This document shows, piece by piece, positions 59,755 through 64,000 of a stretch of DNA of 64,000 nt. Both the position numbers and the translations under genes were made by a program. The notes under the pieces are model-generated. The model was not told the DNA's origin and did not search any database. It saw only the letters and a list, made by a program, of their open reading frames with translations. Origin of the DNA: an uncultured Gemmatimonadaceae bacterium (GTDB lineage Bacteria > Gemmatimonadota > Gemmatimonadetes > Gemmatimonadales > Gemmatimonadaceae); the NCBI GenBank assembly GCA_963716745.1, contig OY970320.1, positions 1,600,001 through 1,664,000 on the forward strand, read 5' to 3'. Every line of letters starts with the position of its first letter. Positions within the stretch are counted from its first letter, which is position 1.

Positions 59755-61198
59755 GCGGCCGGTGGCGCTGGTGGAAGGTACGCGGCTCAGCGCGGTGTCC
59801 GGCGCCGCCGCGCGCGTGGGCGTGCGCTTGGGGATGACCGCGGCGGCCGCGCGCGGGCGCTGCGCCGGGCTCGACGTGATCGAGTGGGACGCGCCCGCGA
59901 TCGCGCGCGCGCTCACCGAGACCACCGCGCGCTTCCTCACCGCGAGCCCGCAGGTGACGCCCGCCGCCGGCGAGCCCGGGCTCTGGTGGATCGGCGCCGG
60001 CGGCCTCGACGAGCAGCCGCTCGCACGCGATCTCCTGGCGCTCGCGCGCGCGTGGCATCCGCGCGCGCGCGTCGCGATCGCGGACTCCTGCGTCGCGGCG
60101 CGCGCCGCCACGTGGAGCACGCGCGGTCCCGCGGCGCACATCGTGCCCGCCGGCGGCGACGCCGGCTATCTCGCCCCCGCGCCGCTCGCGCTCATCCCGG
60201 TGGACGGCGAGATGCGCGCCGCGCTCGCCGCGCTCGGCATCCGCACCGCCGGCGCGCTCGCCGCGCTCTCGGCGGAGGATGTGGAGCGCCGCTGGGGCGC
60301 GGCCGGCCTCGCGGCGTGGCGCTTCGCGCGCGGCGAGGATGCGCGCCGTCCCGTGCTGGCCGTGCCGGCGGCGCGCCACGCGGTGAGCGCGGAACTGGCG
60401 GCGCCCGCGGAGACGATGGAGCCCATCCTGTTCCTCGTGCGCGCCGCGCTCGAACGGCTCGCACCCGCGCTCGCGCGCGAGGGACGCGCCGCCGCCGCGC
60501 TCGCGATCACGCTCTCGCTCGACGATGCGCGCGGCGCGATGCCCACCGATATCGCGGGCGCGGCGGCGCACACCGTCACGCGCGAAGTGCGCTTCCCGCG
60601 CGCCGTCGCGCGCGCGGCGCCGCTGTTCGACCATTGCCGCGCGCTGCTCGCGCGCTGGCCGCTCGATGCCCCGGTGTGCGGCGTCACCGTGACCGTCGCG
60701 GCCACCGCGCCCGCGTCGGCGGCGCAGGGCGACCTGCTCGTGCAACGATGGCACGATCCCGCCGCCGCCGACGCCGCGCTCGCACGGCTGCGCGCGGAGC
60801 TCGGGCCGGACACCGTCGTGCGGCCCATCGAACGCGATGAACATGCTCCGGGGCGGAACGGAGCATGGAGTGAAGAAGCGAGCATCGTGCATCGTGCATC
60901 GAGCATCGGAGAACCGGCCATCGGCCAGTGGCCATCGGCCATCGACGACGCGCCCGCGCTGCGGCTGCTCGAGGTGCCCGAGGAGATCGATGTCGAATTC
61001 AGCGATGGGCGGCCGTGCGGCGTGTGGTGGCGCGGCGAACGCATCGCGCTCATGAGCGCGGCCGGCCCCGAGCGGCTGAGCGGCGACTGGTGGAACGATC
61101 CGTACCGGCGCGACTACTGGCGCGGCGCCTCCGCGCGCGGGGAGCTGCTCGTGTACGCCGAGAGAGGGAAGTGGTTCGTGCAGGGGTGGTACGACTGA
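59558..61198 (+). CDS. imuB: ImuB, inactive Y-family polymerase
   Basis: RIACVRIPRF, GVRLGMT, LGIRT, QGDLL clamp-binding-like motif, GPERLSGDWW, RDYW, C-terminal GWYD. Confidence 0.88.
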   Translation: MSAPWRIACVRIPRFPIAAVWRDRERRTSAAVKAPPQFALALSSPTPLPLGTRENERRTFPPPWDERPVALVEGTRLSAVSGAAARVGVRLGMTAAAARGRCAGLDVIEWDAPAIARALTETTARFLTASPQVTPAAGEPGLWWIGAGGLDEQPLARDLLALARAWHPRARVAIADSCVAARAATWSTRGPAAHIVPAGGDAGYLAPAPLALIPVDGEMRAALAALGIRTAGALAALSAEDVERRWGAAGLAAWRFARGEDARRPVLAVPAARHAVSAELAAPAETMEPILFLVRAALERLAPALAREGRAAAALAITLSLDDARGAMPTDIAGAAAHTVTREVRFPRAVARAAPLFDHCRALLARWPLDAPVCGVTVTVAATAPASAAQGDLLVQRWHDPAAADAALARLRAELGPDTVVRPIERDEHAPGRNGAWSEEASIVHRASSIGEPAIGQWPSAIDDAPALRLLEVPEEIDVEFSDGRPCGVWWRGERIALMSAAGPERLSGDWWNDPYRRDYWRGASARGELLVYAERGKWFVQGWYD

Positions 61199-64000
61199 GC
61201 GAGTACGTCGAACTCCACTGCCATTCCGCGTTCTCGCTGCTGGATGGTGCGTCGCCTCCCGAGACGCTCGTGTCGCGCGCGAAGACGCTCGGCTATCGCG
61301 CGCTCGCGCTCACCGATCACGACGAGCTCGGCGGCATCGTCGCGTTCGCGCAGGCGGCGAGCGAAGCGGGGATCGAGGGCATTGTCGGCGCCGAGCTCAC
61401 GGTCGAAGTGCCGGCATCATCGAGCACCGCAACGGCCGTTCCGATGACGACCGATGGCCGATGCGCCGGCGTTGCCACGCACTTGGTCTTGCTCGCGGAA
61501 GATCGTGAAGGCTATGGGAATCTCTCCATGCTGATCACAAAAGCCCGCATGGAACGTCCGCGCGGGCAGCCGGCGGTGCCGCTCGATGTGCTCGCGCAGC
61601 ACGCGGGCGGATTGTTCGCGCTCACGGGCTGCGCGCGCGGCTGGGTGCCGCGGCTCGTCGCGCGCGGGCTCGAGCACGAGGCGTGCGAGGCCGCCGCCAC
61701 GCTCGTCGACATCTTCGGCGGCCGCGTCGCCATCGAATGCTGGGACCACGGACTCGAAGAGGAACGCGCGCTCATCGGGCCGCTCATCGACATCGCGCGC
61801 GCGCTCGCGATCCCCTGGGTGGTCACGAACGATGTGCACTACGCCGATCCGGGCGCGCGCATGGTGCACGACGTGCTCAGCGCGCTGCGCCACCAGCGCA
61901 CGCTCGCCGAGATGGGCACGCGCGCGCGGCCCAACGGCGAGTGGTATCTCAAGGCTCCGTCGCAGGTCGCGCGCCGCTGGCAGCAGCGTCCCGAAGGCGT
62001 GCGCGCCACGCTCGCGATCGCCGAGCGCTGCGCGTGGCGCATGGCGCAGCTCAAGCCCACGCTGCCGAAATTCCCGCTCCCGCCGGCGGTGAGCGCCGAC
62101 GAGTATCTCGCGCGGCTCGTGGAGCAGGGCGCGCACGAGCGCTGGGGACGCGCGCGCACGCCGGCGCACGACCGGCAGCTCGCGCACGAGCTCGCGATCA
62201 TCGGCAAGCTCGGCCTCGCCGGCTATTTCCTGATCGTCTGGGACATCGTGCGCTTCTCGCGCCGCGCCGGCGTGCTCTGCCAGGGGCGCGGCTCGGCGGC
62301 GAACTCCGCGGTGTGCTTCTGTCTCGGCATCACCGCGGTGGACCCGATCCGTCTGGGATTGCTCTTCGAACGGTTCCTGAGCGAGGAGCGCCAGGAAGCG
62401 CCCGACATCGACATCGACTTCGCGCACCGCGACCGCGAGCAGGTGCTGCAGTACGTGTACCAGCGATACGGCCGCGATCACGCCGCGATGGTGTGCGAGC
62501 AGATCAGCTATCGCGGACGCTCGGCGATCCGCGATGCGTGCCGCGTGCTCGGCTTGTCCATCGAGCAGGCGGATGAACTCGCGGTGACCGCGGATCGCTT
62601 TAGTGCGAAGGCTACCGCGGAGGGCATCGTGCATCGCAGCATCGAGCATCGATGAAGCGGAGCGCATCGGCGGGCATCTCATCTCGGGCACTGAGGTGCG
62701 CACGCGCCTCCACGCGATGGAAGAGAAGGAGAAGCAACAGGCCGCAGTGGCGGTCCCCGATGCACGCGGCACGATGCACGATGCACCCGCCGATAAGGGC
62801 ACCGATATCATGCATCTCATATCGCAGATCGTCGGCGGATTGCATCACGTCCCGAGACATAGATCCATCCACGTCGGCGGATTCGTGCTCACCGAGGAAC
62901 CGCTCGGCACCATCGTGCCGATCGAGCCGGCGTCGATGGCGGACCGCACCGTGATCCAATGGGAGAAGGACGACACCGCGACGATGGGGCTCGTGAAGAT
63001 CGACCTGCTCGGGCTCGGGATGCTCACGCTCATCCAGGATTGTCTGCTGTACATCCGCCGCACGCGCGGCGTGACGCTGGAGCTCGCGGACCTCGACTGC
63101 ACCGATCAGGCGGTGTACGACGATCTCGGGAGAGCCGACACCGTGGGGATCTTCCAGGTGGAGAGCCGCGCGCAGATGAACACGCTGCCGCGGCTCAAGC
63201 CGCGCTGCTTCTACGATCTCGTGGTGGAGGTCGCGCTCATCCGCCCCGGCCCGATCCAGGGGCAGATGGTGCATCCGTATCTCCGGCGGCGCGCGGGACT
63301 CGAGCCGGTGACGTATCCGCATCCGTCGCTCGAGCCGATCCTCAAGCGCACGCTGGGAGTGCCGCTCTTCCAGGAGCAGGGGATGCAGGTGGCGATCACC
63401 GCGGCCGGTTTCACCGCGAGCGAGGCCGACGTGCTGCGCCGCGCGATGGGGCACAAGCGCAGTCACGAGCGCATGGAGGCGATCGCGCGCAAGATGCTCG
63501 ACGGCATGCAGCGCAACGGCATTCCCGCGGATGTCGCGCTCAGGATCTTCAACCAGATCAACGCCTTCGCGGACTACGGTTTCCCCGAATCGCACGCCGC
63601 AAGTTTCGCACTGCTCGTGTACGCGAGCGCGTACCTCAAGCACTACTACGCGCCGGAATACACCGCCGCGATCCTGAACGCGCAGCCGATGGGGTTCTAC
63701 TCGGTGGGGACGCTCATTGAGGACGCGAGGCGGCATGGCGTGGAGATCTTGCCGGTGGATGCGACGGTGTCGGGGTTTGAGACAACGCTTGAGAACGTTC
63801 GGGACGCGGGACTCGGGACGCGCCGCGGGAGGCGGGAGAGCGACGAGGCTCACCGTCAGTTCTCGCATCCCGCGGCGCGTCCCGAGTCCCGCAGTCCCGT
63901 CAGTTCGGTTGGGGCTGCACCTCGTCCGGGGCCTCGGCAGCCGCGCACGCGAGAATCTCAAAGGCGCGATAGAAGCCGGCGGCCCGTTCCAGTCGATCGG
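61186..64000 (+). CDS. dnaE2: Error-prone DNA polymerase DnaE2; frameshift ~62635, runs off the window
   Basis: ELHCHSAFSLLDGAS, RGSAANS, PDIDID; after the shift RHRSIHVGG, KIDLLGLGML, FQVESRAQ, YGFPESHAASF, LNAQPMGFY. Confidence 0.93.

Noticed and set aside
2449..62660. Pseudogenes or programmed frameshifting in copA, dnaE2, the MTase, the acyl-CoA dehydrogenase, the TonB receptor and others
   Set aside because: Single-base shifts are scattered across unrelated genes whose catalytic motifs are intact, with no shared slippery motif. Sequencing error is the simplest explanation; read polishing would confirm.
62630..62810. Intein or split dnaE2
   Set aside because: No Cys/Ser…His-Asn splice motifs; the break is one extra base inside a heptamer repeat.

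Overview
High-GC bacterial chromosomal segment. Gene content and style suggest Gemmatimonadota, which is an inference. About a dozen otherwise intact genes carry single-base frameshifts, most simply explained as uncorrected long-read errors rather than pseudogenes. Left to right: a partial ECF sigma and two divergent paralogous secreted proteins; tRNA-Gln(CTG); three tandem stalked metzincin (M66-like) lipoprotein proteases; tRNA-Ala(CGC) with a 24-nt repeat pair in its trailer; Ser/Thr dehydratase; a 37-bp tandem/inverted repeat array; rnz; several envelope and metabolic genes; mgtE; a copZ-copA-csoR operon with its operator; acyl-CoA dehydrogenase, SURF1 and an S9 peptidase; an mntH-usp-mntR operon with its operator; a coupled adenine DNA methyltransferase + SNF2-like helicase pair; an ECF/anti-sigma/2xDUF4097 operon; a 1327-aa wHTH-BTAD-Ser/Thr kinase-TM-TPR receptor followed by two paralogous exported proteins sharing a W-x-D-x-DE-xx-WV-x-CG-xx-CC tail; and a radical SAM-imuA-imuB-dnaE2 mutagenesis cassette. 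The best candidate for an undescribed system is the receptor kinase plus the two Cys-tail proteins. Other notable items are heptamer-based palindromic elements inserted inside coding sequences, the MTase-helicase pair with no visible nuclease, and the tRNA-Ala trailer repeats. No CRISPR-Cas, integrase or transposase was seen.
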